From Octopus bimaculoides (lineage: Eukaryota), in NCBI RefSeq assembly GCF_001194135.2, contig NC_068982.1, positions 4,536,823 through 4,600,822 on the forward strand: a stretch of 64,000 nucleotides of DNA, read 5' to 3'. Below the pieces are notes generated by a model. It saw only the letters and a list, made by a program, of their open reading frames with translations, made no database searches and was not told the origin of the DNA. The first letter of the stretch is position 1. Each line of letters begins with the position of its first letter. Positions 1-12,874 of this stretch are shown here, one piece after another. The position numbers and the translations under genes were made by a program.

Positions 1-50
<50 letters not shown>

Positions 51-807
51 TATGTTATGATACAACATTTTGATATACTTTATAAAAAACAAAAAGCCTA
101 TGCCGAATATATTAAAAAAGTAATTGTAACTGGTAAATTACAGCAGCGAGATAAATACCAAGTAGATCACATATGGTATACACAATATACAATAACGCCA
201 AACATTGCCATTTATAAAGTTAATGTTTTAAAAACGAAAATCTATTCTGCAATGGAACGACGTCTGGCTGGAAGGCGCACAAATTTAATGACTGCTTAGA
301 CATTTAGCTTTAAGAATAAATATAAACAAACATTACAACATAACTCTATGTATTTTTGTGTCCTCTTTGTGCAGTTCATAATGCAAAATTATCTACGCTA
401 CACTTCACACATACAAACACGTTCATACATACACGCACACATTTACTCACGGACTCACATATGCAGACACGTCATATGTGTTTATATTTGTGTCTTTATC
501 TGAATCATTTGTTTATGTGAAGTTATAAAAAAATGTTGATTACCAAGCAAAGCAGTTTTCCCTCATTAAAGGATTTAATTTAAAACCTGACATTATATAT
601 TACTTTGAGGATCTAGTGTTAACTGTGGAACTTAACAGATCAATAATTTTAATTAGACTTCTCTTAGAAATGTTATATATATATGTGTGTATGTGTGTGT
701 GTGTGTGTGGTGTATGTATAAGTGCATGTGTGTGTGTGCGAAAGAACGAGAAAGGGAGAGGGAGAAGGGGAGGGGAAATAGAGGAAAGGAGGGAGAGAGT
801 ATGGGAA

Positions 808-856
<49 letters not shown>

Positions 857-995
857 CAAAAGTGGTAGATTTTCTGAAAATTTGTTTCAAATTGAGTTTG
901 TAATAACATAGGTATCTGATTATATTCATAAATACATGCACACACATACNNNNNNNNNNNNNNNNNNNNNNNNNNNNNNNNNNNNNNNNNNNNNN

Positions 996-1030
<35 letters not shown>

Positions 1031-1231
1031 TGAGGAGGGTATTGGATTTAACCAAACCCCGGAGGATACAGGTAATACCGAGTAAGTGCTGTATACCGAT
1101 TAGTTTGCCCCAGTCGTTGTATGAACAGGATTGGGGATTATAAGTCGTGTATTAGCGTTTGTATATGTAAATATCTAAAAACAAAAAGATAAAGAGAGCA
1201 AAGGTAAGGTTGAAGAATTTTATGGATAGAG

Positions 1232-1278
1232 TCTTACAGCTGTTTCTGGGAAGATCCAGTACTTCCCTTCATCGGAGA
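1232..1278 (-). ncRNA. Degenerate type I hammerhead ribozyme (Penelope-like)
   Basis: Minus strand: tct-CCGATGA-a-GGGAAG-tactggat-CTTCCC-a-GAAA-cagctg-TA-aga. 6-bp stem II, palindromic stem III, 3-bp stem I; core U4>C. Confidence 0.6.
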
Positions 1279-1527
1279 TCGTCCGTAAAAGACATAAATC
1301 CGAAGGAAATGGCATACTGAGATATAGAGATGTAGAGAAGTATGTATTAAAAATGGGGGAAAGCTAGTTTATTGGATTACCTTAGGTTTCCCGTCCACAA
1401 AGGGTTTAGCTTCATATTTTTTAAAGAGGTCTTGGGCCAACAGGTTTTGGAAACCTAAAATAATCCCGTAAACCGGTCTCGCTAATTTTTAATATATACA
1501 CACACATACATATATATATATATATAT

Positions 1528-1670
1528 GAGTGGCACTCCGTCGGTTACGACGACATGTGTTCCAGTTGATTCAATCAACGAAACAGCCTGTTGTTGATAT
1601 TAACGTGCGAGTGGCTGGGCACTCCACAGACTCGCGCATATTTATCGTAGTTCTCAAGGCCCTTTGGATT
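1528..1670 (-). mobile_element. SINE family C, 3' fragment
   Basis: Reverse complement matches the 3' part of the 12062-12372 copy (ccgacggagtgc end, cacttgcacgttaat). Confidence 0.65.
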
Positions 1671-3637
1671 GCAATTACAATTCAATTATGTAAGTGCATG
1701 GACTGAAGGAACCTGTTGTTGTTGTTATTGATATTCAGCAGAAGCAACAGAGTGACTCAAAGTCCGAGAGTTTAGCGCGTTGATAATTGTATATACATAC
1801 AGACACAGAAACATACATAAGAGTTTTGTACTTGGATATTGGTATTTATGCTGACCGCATGAATTATCTACCCGTTGTATCTCCAGGTGTACGTGTAAGT
1901 GTGAACTAATAAATGTCTGAGTATATGTTCACGTGACTGCATTGATGTCCTTATGTGTGGTTCAAAAACTTCGTTCAACCTTCTGAATTCTCACTGCAAT
2001 GACCAATATTTCTTTACGATTTCTTCCTTGTACTTACGTACATATATATACACGTCCGCCGCAGCATTTTGTCACTAGTTTTCTCTTAGTATCTCCTCTT
2101 TCAACACTGATCTTCTATTGTATAAAAGTAATACCTTCCCTATGGGAACAGCAATTTTTATTCACAAAAGCAACACATGCTGCCGCGCCAATAGTGCGCC
2201 TATTGACCTTAATAAGCTATCTCTATTGTGAAAGCCAGGTGAGACTAAAAATGGCCCCATCACTTGTCTTCTTAAATTGACCACTAACAAATACATATGA
2301 TATACGTATGTCGTATCATATATTGTATAACTACTTTATCATCGTTTTATGCTCAAACGCTATTGGTGAATCGATTATGTCAATACAAACACTCTAAATT
2401 TTGGCTTCCGGATTATTTTGCGTTAATATAATACGCAAATTAATAAGAAATCGTGATCAGTATCTCATTTATAACAATTCCTAATCTCCAGAGGCTCTCT
2501 TCTGACCCAAAGTATTCTAGTTATTTATTTTAAGATTCAAGTGTAGAAACCTTTTGATCATTCTTGTAAAGATTTCGATGTTTTGGCAACAAACGATCAG
2601 TTATTTACATACTTACAGCTTATTATATGTATATAAACAAGTTTAGTCTTTGCCGTTAAGGTTATAATGTCATTAAATCCGAAACAAACAGCAGGAGATC
2701 GGAAATATTGAATCCAAGGCAATGTTTTTAGTAGATTCAAAATCGTGACAATTCCGTTCATGATCAACTACTGCTATAAACATGAAGATTGATCGAAAAG
2801 GTTATTTAAAGATCGTTAAAAATATTCATATCCGTAGATTTGCCAACACAGTATACAATAATATATTATTAATCTCTAGATCTTAAATCTTACATATTTT
2901 CTGAAGTTAATTTCGATTTGGTCGCCCCCTTGTTTTCTTGAAATATTTTGCTTTGAGCTTTATAAATCTTACACTACAGCAAAATTTCTTTAGATTTTCT
3001 TACCTGTTACGATATATATCATGTTTCCATCAACAACTTTTTCATATTATCAGAACATGACGGGGTACGTTCATATCGACGTCAACATTGCGGTTTGTTT
3101 CTGACAAGAGAAATTAATTCTACAGCTCCACTAACGTAACTTGGTGGAAGAATATTAGACGCTGTACGGTTGCATCCTACGTACGAATGATTTATCTTGG
3201 ATCAGTTTGAAGCCACTGAATTCAAAACTGACTGCCTTATCAGCCATCAGCAATATGGACTCCAGTAACTGGCAAATATATTTTCCATTTTAATGTAAAT
3301 ATAATGAACTACTTTTCATGGAAAAGATGCTTACCCCTATGATAGTTAAAGCTGATGTCTGTGATTGCGATAATTGAATTCTAGGTTCGAAGATTTGATA
3401 TGCAGTTGATTGTTTCAAGTTCGAAGTAAATAAAAGTAGAGTCTTATTGTTAATGTTCTTGGCTGACACTATTATCATATACTGATATCATATAACTAAC
3501 TCATTCAATTATTTCAGAAATTGGTTTTATAAATGGTGAAAACAAATCAGCAATTATCACCATTAAACTGCGATTTACGCCAATTCCGAATTCTACCCTC
3601 ACTTTTATGCTGAATAAACAATATTCTATTTCAATAA

Positions 3638-4065
3638 GGCGGCTAGCTGGTAGAAACGTTAGCATGCCGGGCGAAATGCTTAGCAGTATTTCGTCCGTCT
3701 TTACGTTCTGAGTTCAAATTTCGCCGAAGTCGACTTTGCCTTTCATCCTTCCGGGGTCGATAAATTAAGTACCACCTACGCACTCGGGTCGATGTAATCG
3801 ACTTAATCCCTTTGCCTGTCCTTGTTTGTCCCCTCTATGTTTAGCCCCTTGTGGGCAATAAAGAAATAAGAAACGTTAGCACGCTGGGCGAAATGCTGAG
3901 CGGTATTTCGTCTGTCTTTACTTTCTGAGTTCAAATTCCGCCGAGGTCGACTTTGCCTTTCAACCTTCCGGGATGGATTAAATAAGTACCAGTTGCGTAC
4001 TGGGTCGATCTAATCGACTGGCCCCCTCCCCCAAAATTTTGGACCTTGTGCTTAGAGTAGAAAAG
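3638..4065 (+). mobile_element. Dimeric tRNA-derived SINE (family A)
   Basis: Two tandem monomers with B-box GAGTTCAAATT and central gcctttcatcctt..ggggtcgataaattaagtacc. Flanked by 17-bp direct repeat aatattctatt(t/c)caata at 3620-3636 and 4066-4082. Confidence 0.85.
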
Positions 4066-4377
4066 AATATTCTATTCCAATATATGCTTCCTAAGTTCAT
4101 TAACGAAAAACATGTTTATTTTATTCAACAAGAAGAATGATACTAATAAGAGAGTCATCGCCTTCTTATTGCCATCTTGTTAGCACTTCTATGTTAAAAA
4201 AAAAACGCGTTTGAGAACCCGAATTCAGCACCGTTAAGGAGACTGTCGCCAAGTAGGTAATATTCTCATTGCATACAGAAATGTTTTGTTTTACTCTAAG
4301 GTACATTATACCTAGGCGGGATAATCTATTGAAATTTTATATTTTCAGTATGAACAGTTTCATTATCCGGATACAGA

Positions 4378-4785
4378 CCCACTGCGTGGCACCTTGGGCA
4401 AGTGTCTTCTACTATAGCTCCGGGCTGATCAAAGTTTTTGTCACTGAATTTGATAGACGAACTGAAAGGAGCCCGCCCGTCGTATATATGCACGCACGCA
4501 CACACACATACACACACACACACACACACATACATACATACATACATACATGTGTGTGTGTGTGTCTCTGTCTGTGTTTGCCCTCCACTTCTTGACATCC
4601 AGTGTTGGCATGTTTACGTCCCTGTTACTTAGCGATTCAATAAACGAAGTAGATAGACTAAGTACCAGGCTTAAAAAGAAAATAAGTACCGGGGTCAATT
4701 TGTTTGACTAAAATTCTTGAAGACAATGTCCCAGTATGGCCGCAATCTAATGACTGAAACAAGTAAAAAAATTAAGAAACCCCAA
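4378..4785 (+). mobile_element. SINE family B, 5'-truncated
   Basis: cccactgcgtggcaccttgggcaagtgtc, internal (CA)n/(TG)n, and 3' catggccgca..atgactgaaacaag as in the 33522 copy. Confidence 0.8.
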
Positions 4786-5037
4786 AATAGCATAAGTCGA
4801 TTGACGTGAAGGACACATATTACGACAAAAGCGTAAATATCTTTATTGTAGTTATTGTTTATCTGCAAGACAACCCTGATTTCGAAGTTCTTTATGATGA
4901 AAAATATTGCATATGTGACAATACTATATTTTTCCAGGACCATATTATCCAATGCACTATTTCGTAAGACGGTAGGGTGAGATTTTGGGGAGTTCTACTC
5001 CTTCTAGCAGGGTGAAGGAGCACATAGAAACTCATAA

Positions 5038-5268
5038 GGTGGCGAGCTGGCAGAATCGTTAGCACGCCGTGCGAAATGCTTAGCGGTATTTCGTCTGCCG
5101 TTACGTTCTGAGTTCAAATTCCTCCGAAGTCGACTTTGCCTTTCATCCTTTCGGGGTCGATAAATTAAGTACCAGTTACGCACTGGGGTCGATCTAATCG
5201 ACTTAATCTCTTTGTCTGTCCTTGTTTGTCCCTTCTATGTTTAACCCCTCGTGGGCAATAAAGAAGTA
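5038..5268 (+). mobile_element. SINE family A, full length
   Basis: ggtggcgagctggcagaatcgttagcacg head through gtgggcaataaag tail; possible TSD agaaactc at 5026-5033 and 5269-5276. Confidence 0.85.
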
Positions 5269-5412
5269 AGAAACTCCTTCAGTTGGTCAAGCTATGAGCA
5301 TAACAGTACAAAAGTGTGTGCAGTTGGGATACATTTCGATGGTAAATCATCACTTTTACTCAAAGATACTTTTGTCACTTATCTTATATTTTATCAACGT
5401 GGTTCTAATAAT

Positions 5413-5566
5413 TCTTTCTACTAAAAGTGCAAAGCCTGAAATTTTAGGGCGGTGGGGTTAAGTCGATTACCTCGGCGGAATTTGAACTCAGAACGTAGCG
5501 ACGGTCGAAATACCGCTAAGAATTTCGTCCAGCGTGCTAACGATTCTGCCACCTCGCTGCCTTAGT
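5413..5566 (-). mobile_element. SINE family A, internally deleted
   Basis: Head and tail present, central domain missing; perfect 14-bp TSD gtggttctaataat at 5399-5412 and 5567-5580. Confidence 0.85.
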
Positions 5567-6922
5567 GTGGTTCTAATAATGCCACTTTCGACGGATTCAG
5601 TCAGTAAGTATACTAGGACAAAAAACATCTCTTCAGTATCGAGGGTATGAAACTAAAACGAAGCCATTTGCTACAAAGAACCTTTCTAAAAACTGTGTAT
5701 TCATCTTCTATGTAATTTCATATCATCTACAGTCGATTTCTCTCGAACTGAATCAAAACTAATGTTCTCAAGCAATAAGAATAATAAAGTGAATCGTTTC
5801 CATTATATTCTAGTATTTACTGTGTCAATCCAAACAGATGAAGGCTAAGTTACACCCGATTTTGAATTCAGTGGGTAGAAAAGCAAGACTTAATTCCAAA
5901 CGAATTTAACTTACTGTTCCCTTTAGCTCTGATATCAATATTGTACGGAAATAAAAAAGGAAATTATTAACTCAAGGATAATATATACACAAAGTATAAT
6001 TTCCTTCTAAGTCATCTTTGAAAGCTTTTAGATAAATTGTTCCGTACACATCTGTATGACCAAATTGCATTCCATTTATAGAATATCAGTTACAGAATAC
6101 CAGCTTCTATCACTTGCTGTGAGAAAAGCCATTAATTTCGTTACAGTGATAGAAAGCTGATAAAATAAAGTTTTATTTCACATACTTAAACATTTATATA
6201 CAATAATTATTAAATTCTTTGTGGTTTAATCCATAAACCACCTGATCTGCAAACTACGTTTAGAGCTTTCCTACATTTTCTTGATGGTTAAATCTAATCC
6301 GTGCAGGCTCGACCGCTTGATTGTGTCTCGCGTGCATCAATCCCAACACATTGCACGTAAAATGTAGAGCAGTATTAACGCATTTCTCTCAATAATACTT
6401 GTAAAACAAGGTAGGTTGCATGATAAACATCAATTTATGAAGGAATATCATATGAACGCTTAAGACTATTGTTATTATCTTCAATTTTCTATTGAATAAT
6501 ACCTATTCGAGTTGGTGCACAACAGCGCGCTTACGCACGCTTTCCAATTAAAAAGATCAGGTTCTAATTTCCGCATTCTTCTCACGTGACAAGATGAAAG
6601 ACGCTAACTCATCGTTAAATGCAATTTTTCAAACAAATACCGGTGTTGACGAACGTGTATGCTTCCCCACAAACCCGCATAACTGCATCCATAGATATAT
6701 ATTTATATATATAAATGCATGTTTATATAAGTATTATATGCATTTAAAGATGCTTTTTAGATATGTAAATACAGATGTTATATAAATCTTCACAAATATT
6801 CATTGCTGCTATACTAACATACAGCGAGAAGTCTATGTGCGTGAGTATCTACAAGTAGGTATACATATATTATAGCCTTTAAGTTGTCTCTAGAGATTTT
6901 CTATAGAAATTAGAACCAGCAT

Positions 6923-7473
6923 CAGTGCCGGATTAACCATTAACCCATTAAGTCCCACTGTCCTATAAATAGGACACTAAATGAGAACCTTAAATAAGCT
7001 ATATCACATTGTCTCAGTGTCCTATTTATAGGACACCGAGTATTTCCATTTCTACTTGAAGTAAAGGAGTTTTAATAATTATTTTTTCCTTTTAACCTAT
7101 TTTCTATTATCTGTAAAACTTTAAAAGTAATATTCAGAAATTTAAGTACTCTGGGACTTAATGGGTTAAGCAAAATAAGCACGTGCTTAGGGAATCAAAG
7201 CAAGGGGCGGCACAGATATGGTAAATTGTTTACGGCACAAAAGAAATCACTTGAAACTTTCTAAAATAATATATGGATTGGTTTACAGGATGGGAAATAT
7301 AATTTGTGATAGTGAGGATCTGATCAAATATTTTGCAGTTACAAAAAGTAAGAGAAAACTTTTCAAATGTAAAGAAAAGTAAAAGTATTGAAAGAGAAAC
7401 ATTATTTTCTTTCTGTTAGTTTTGTTTCATTTTGAAAAACAAAAAAAACTTATTTTGTACTTTATTATTGTTT
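6923..7473 (+). mobile_element. Probable hAT-like DNA element terminus, interrupted by piggyBac MITE, runs into gap
   Basis: CAGTGCCGGATTAACCA[TTAA]GCAAAATAAGCACGTGCTTAGGG is restored when the MITE is excised; CAG(T/G)G termini are typical of hAT. The other end is not visible. Confidence 0.4.
6944..7165. mobile_element. piggyBac-type MITE
   Basis: Perfect 14-bp TIRs CCCATTAAGTCCCA / TGGGACTTAATGGG; TTAA TSD at 6940-6943 and 7166-7169; internal 18-bp inverted pair at 6959-6976 and 7018-7035. Confidence 0.9.
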
Positions 7474-8365
7474 NNNNNNNNNNNNNNNNNNNNNNNNNNN
7501 NNNNNNNNNNNNNNNNNNNNNNNNNNNNNNNNNNNNNNNNNNNNNNNNNNNNNNNNNNNNNNNNNNNNNNNNNNNNNNNNNNNNNNNNNNNNNNNNNNNN
7601 NNNNNNNNNNNNNNNNNNNNNNNNNNNNNNNNNNNNNNNNNNNNNNNNNNNNNNNNNNNNNNNNNNNNNNNNNNNNNNNNNNNNNNNNNNNNNNNNNNNN
7701 NNNNNNNNNNNNNNNNNNNNNNNNNNNNNNNNNNNNNNNNNNNNNNNNNNNNNNNNNNNNNNNNNNNNNNNNNNNNNNNNNNNNNNNNNNNNNNNNNNNN
7801 NNNNNNNNNNNNNNNNNNNNNNNNNNNNNNNNNNNNNNNNNNNNNNNNNNNNNNNNNNNNNNNNNNNNNNNNNNNNNNNNNNNNNNNNNNNNNNNNNNNN
7901 NNNNNNNNNNNNNNNNNNNNNNNNNNNNNNNNNNNNNNNNNNNNNNNNNNNNNNNNNNNNNNNNNNNNNNNNNNNNNNNNNNNNNNNNNNNNNNNNNNNN
8001 NNNNNNNNNNNNNNNNNNNNNNNNNNNNNNNNNNNNNNNNNNNNNNNNNNNNNNNNNNNNNNNNNNNNNNNNNNNNNNNNNNNNNNNNNNNNNNNNNNNN
8101 NNNNNNNNNNNNNNNNNNNNNNNNNNNNNNNNNNNNNNNNNNNNNNNNNNNNNNNNNNNNNNNNNNNNNNNNNNNNNNNNNNNNNNNNNNNNNNNNNNNN
8201 NNNNNNNNNNNNNNNNNNNNNNNNNNNNNNNNNNNNNNNNNNNNNNNNNNNNNNNNNNNNNNNNNNNNNNNNNNNNNNNNNNNNNNNNNNNNNNNNNNNN
8301 NNNNNNNTAAAAGTTGTTTGGTTAAAGTTATTATCAGGCTTCTAGTAATATCCTAGTACATGTGG

Positions 8366-8594
8366 GCGGCGAGGTGGCAGAATCGTTAGCACGCCGGGCA
8401 AAATGCTCAGCTATATTTCGTCTGCCGTTATGTTCTGAGTTCAAATTCCGCCGAGGTCGACTTTGCCTTTCATCCTTTCGGCGTCAATTAAATAAGTACC
8501 AGTTTCGCACTGGGGTCGATGTAATCGACTTAGTCTCGTTGTCTGTACTTGTTTGTCTCCTCTGTGTTTAGCCTACTGTGGGCAATAAAGAAAT
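8366..8594 (+). mobile_element. SINE family A, full length
   Basis: High similarity to the 5038-5268 copy. Confidence 0.85.
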
Positions 8595-8605
8595 CAATAT
8601 TCTTA

Positions 8606-8837
8606 TATTGGTTTGTCCGGAAAGTTCATGCCGATTTATAGTAGCTTACCTTTCGACTTATTTGCCATGAAACCACCTCAATTCTGGGAAGAGGGTATTT
8701 TCAAGTTAAAGGAAAGATGGAGACGCATTGTGCAACAAAATGGTTCATATTTGGTTGATTAAAAATGTAATGGCAAGTATTTATTGACCTTTTTCTTTCC
8801 TTTAAAAGTCGGCAAGAACTTTCGGGACAACCCAATA
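8606..8837 (+). mobile_element. Internally deleted mariner (mini-element)
   Basis: TIRs 28/32 identical (tattgg(t/g)ttgtcc(g/c)gaaagttc..), TA ends; the interior encodes the transposase C-terminus DLFAMKPPQFWEEGIFKLKERWRRIVQQNGSYLVD*. Confidence 0.85.
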
Positions 8838-9464
8838 CATGAATTTCAAGTGGAATCTATGCCAATTAATGACAATTAATCCAATCAACAGAGGAGACAT
8901 AGGAGGTTAAATGACTCGGCGAGAGAATTTTAGTAGCCATAACGAATGAGCAACACCAGCAGAGCATCGTGGGCAACCCAGCTTGTGCAGCAATGAGTCA
9001 AAAAAGGAAAGAATAGTTCAAGGATTAAGTTTAAAAATTAAGAAACATTGTAAAAAAATGTACAAAAGGAAGCAAAAACAAAAAGAGAAGGGAAATATCC
9101 AGACATTACGAATCCGGAAAGATTACGAGTTTGGAAATTAATCCGTATCAAATCAAGTTTGACAACAGTCTCCCAACTAAGGCCTGTGCCTCCTTCCATA
9201 ACCTCGGGCTGACTAAAGAATTGTAAGTGGATTTGTTAGAGAGAAACTGAAAGAAGTCCACCACACACACACACACAGACACACACACACAAAATATCGC
9301 AGCCTGTCTACGAACTGAAAATTAGGTGACACATAACGTGCTGCATGTTTGTAATTTCTGTGACTTCCGAATCGTCTCTCTGTGTGCAACGTAACGTTAG
9401 CGTTGTTCGCTTATTCACTCAACTCTATCTATTCGTTATGTCAACCATCTTTGTATTTCGTTTG

Positions 9465-9686
9465 GTTATCCTTTCATTCTTTTACTTGTTCCAGTCATTT
9501 GATTGTGGCCATGCTGGAGCACCGTCTTTTGTCGAACAAGTCAGCCCCAAGAATTATACTTTGTATGCCTAGTACGTATCCTATCGGTCTCGGATGCCGA
9601 ACCGCTAAGTTACGGGGAAGTAGACACACCAACATCGGTTGTCAAGCGAGGTTTTACAAACACTCGTAGAAACATATACATAATAC

Positions 9687-9717
<31 letters not shown>

Positions 9718-9756
9718 CGTCGGGCTTCTCACAGTTTCCGTTTACCAAATCCACTC
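9465..9756 (-). mobile_element. SINE family B
   Basis: catgctggagcaccg, ccgaaccgctaagttacgggga and acaccaacatcggttgtcaagcg are reverse complements of family B segments. Confidence 0.75.
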
Positions 9757-9866
9757 AGGTGAAAGGCAAAGTCGACTACGGCCGAATTTGATCTCAGAGC
9801 GTGAAGACGAAATGACGCTAAGCATTTTGCTCGGCGTGCTAACGATTCGACCAGCTCACCGCCTTA
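9757..9866 (-). mobile_element. SINE family A head fragment
   Basis: gaaaggcaaagtcgac..gaatttga.ctcag..gtgctaacgattc..ccagctcaccgcc. Confidence 0.75.
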
Positions 9867-11599
9867 TGAATTGTTAATATTGAATGTATATTGGCAGACA
9901 AAATGCTTAGCGGCATTTCGTCCGTCTTTACCTTTGGTATCTCTCGGTAGTCCATTATCTTTAGAACATGGAATAAATGTTATGTCAAATCTTCCTGAAG
10001 CTGTGATTATCCCATATATATTCTTCACGTCATTAATAATAATCACGTGATGAATATATGAGATGATCACAGCTGTTAGGTCATTCATCATACACCTGTT
10101 TTCATGCAACTGAATTGTGAATAAACAACAACAACAATAACAATAACAGTAACAACAACAACCTTCACGGTAACAACAACAACGACAACAACATTTGCTT
10201 GAGATGTTTTCACCAAGAGTGCATCATGTCAAGAGGTCCACTTAACTCCTTGTATAGCGAAGTGGCTCGTGTGCAACGTTTTCGTTTAAGTGTCATTAAT
10301 CATTGAAAAATGTTAATTATATTTTTATCTGCTCAATTAATTATCCAGCTTCAAAGTAAGCATTATTATCCTCTTGTTCCGTTAACACATTATCTTGCAC
10401 AAGAAATAATACAGATTATATTTTTTTTTAGTTAAAGATTGTGAGAAATTTCTCTTCATTTTTTGACAAAATTAAAAGTCTGTGCTTTAGTTTCTGTTAA
10501 CCGTAAGCGATATTTAGCCTTCAAATGTATATAATGCTGCTTATAACATTCACCATCACAGAAGACGTACAATTATAATCACACCGTATTACCAGGATTA
10601 TACTTCCAATGAAGGTCTACAATGTAGCAACGGAGTATACCATCACTATCAGTTTGTCTATTAAGTCAGCTCTATTTGATTCATATCAAGTGTTTTTGTA
10701 CTTTCTCGACACGCTTTATTACATAATGCAGCAGAAGCTCGTCTTTTAATACTCCAAAGCATATATAAACTATTTGTTTTTTTCCAAGTCGATAAACAAG
10801 GGAAAATCACTGATATCCCACCTTGTAAAATGTTGATTTCTGACTTTACACCGATAAAATATACGCATTTTAAGGGAAGCCATGGATGATAAAATCAACT
10901 CCAGTGCCTGACTGGTTGTTCATTTTGTCTAGCTTTGCCCAACAACTTCTGAGGGCGTGTTTAAAACATATGATGGGTCTTGTGTACTTAAATCTGAGAG
11001 AGTTTTGATAAAGCCTTCGACTCTAATAAAGTGACAATGGCCAATTTCTTCAAAGAAAGGAAGGGGACAAAGGCGATTGGCCTTTTGTACTTTTGTACTT
11101 CAGTGTTTCACTCTCAATCATATTAATGAAAGATAAATGCAACCTTATCAGGATTGGAACTTAGAATGTAAATACTAACCAAAAGAAATGAATATTTGCT
11201 TTCCAATTTGTTATTTCCAGTAATTCATGTTGCTTTAGATATATGAAATTATATAATTGACTCATAACGGATATATTATTGAAATATTATTACTTGATAT
11301 TTATTACAGCAATAACACAAATATTCGGATTATCCTTTGAAATCAAATGTATTGTGAAACAGGTGGTTTAACAGTATGTGAATCTGATATGACAAATAAT
11401 TCATGTAATATCCAGTAATTGACTATTCCTATGCGTGTTCATAATATCCTTGATATAGGTTATGTTATTTCATACTTCTTCCGAATGATGTCTCCCTATA
11501 TAGCCATTCGTATAAGTTATAAATGTCCACTTAAACAAACTCATAGAAATACAGACATCCAAATATACATAGATGTATGCTTATATATGTTTGTGTGTG

Positions 11600-11665
<66 letters not shown>

Positions 11666-11778
11666 NNNNNNNNNNNNNNNNNNNNNNNNNNNNNNNNNNN
11701 NNNNNNNNNNNNNNNNNNNNNNNNNNNNNNNNNNNNNNNNNNNNNNNNNNNNNNNNNNNNNNNNNNNNNNNNNNNNNN

Positions 11779-11915
11779 CCTCTCCAAGATACCAGACGAA
11801 CCAATGGCTCGTAATGAGACACAGTTTAGGGCAGCTGTGTCAAATTCTCTTATACACCAGATGTGCCATAAAAACTCTTGATTGGATCATGTCAGGTGGG
11901 GGAGAAGAGCCATGC
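11779..11915 (+). mobile_element. Non-LTR retrotransposon ORF2 3' end remnant
   Basis: LSKIPDEPMARNETQFRAAVSNSLIHQ resembles the PD(E/Q)P...RAAxSNSL terminus of invertebrate CR1/Jockey-group LINEs. Confidence 0.45.
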
Positions 11916-12011
11916 AAGGAACGTGAAAATCACGGTGGTGCACCAGCATGACCGCAGCCACTTGGCTGAAACACATAAATAAATATATATGTGTGTGTGT
12001 GTGTGTGTGCG

Positions 12012-12061
<50 letters not shown>

Positions 12062-12063
<2 letters not shown>

Positions 12064-12372
12064 GGCGCGTGGCTTAGTCGTTGGGATATTCGCTTCATGA
12101 TCGTAAAGTTGTGAGTTCAATTCCCGGCGAAACGTTGTGTCCTTGAGCAAGACACTTTATTTCCACGTTGCTGCAGTCCACTCAGCTGGCAAAAATGAGT
12201 TGTACCTGTAATTCCAAAGGCCAGCCTTGTCATACAGTGTCACGCTGAATTTTCCTGAGAACTGCTTTCAGAGTACGCATGTCAGTGGAATGCTCAACCA
12301 CTTGCACGTTAATTTCACGAGCAGGATGTTCTGTTAATCGTATCAGCTGTGACCCTCGTCGTGGTAACCGAC
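12062..12372 (+). mobile_element. SINE family C, full length
   Basis: tRNA-like head (A-box gtggcttagtcg, B-box gagttcaattcc) followed by gtgtccttgagcaagacact, a V-domain-like motif. Confidence 0.75.
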
Positions 12373-12824
12373 GGAGTGCTCCAGCACTTCGGATGTGCCA
12401 ATACACACGAGCCTGATACATGGCCGCCCTCACGCACTTCTCGCGAGGAATTCCGGAAAGAGCTTCATGAGACCAGTGCAGAGACACTACCGGGAAAAGA
12501 AAAGATATAAGATAAAAAGAGGAAGAAGGAAGAAGGGGGGAAGAAAGAAGAAGGGTGAAGAAAGAAGAAGTGGGGAAGAAAGAAAAAAAGCCGTTAGAAA
12601 ATCGACTGTAGCAGTGACTCGATCAATACCTAGGGATATCCAAAGAAGTAATCTTTATATTCCGAAATATTATATCAGACTATGGATGATTAAATTACAC
12701 CAGTTGTTATAATCCATTCTTGTTATTGTAGTGCATTGTTGTGTCATTCAAAACACATTATTACTATTTATTATTATTGTTTACAAACAATACACAATGC
12801 TTCAAGCGAACTACAATACTCTCT

Positions 12825-12874
<50 letters not shown>

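Noticed and set aside
600-1055. ORF-track ORFs over (TA)n/(GA)n/(CA)n tracts and N-gaps (also at 7422, 17722, 38167, 41868, 42695 and others)
   Set aside because: They are translations of microsatellites or Ns, not genes.
3004-3270. Strong minus-strand donor CAG|GTAAG at 3004 with an upstream AG
   Set aside because: All three frames contain stops and the peptides are unrecognisable; only a non-coding exon remains possible.
12372-12500. GC-richer stretch with a minus-strand polypyrimidine tract and AG
   Set aside because: The tract is a purine-rich simple repeat on the plus strand; there is no good donor or recognisable peptide.
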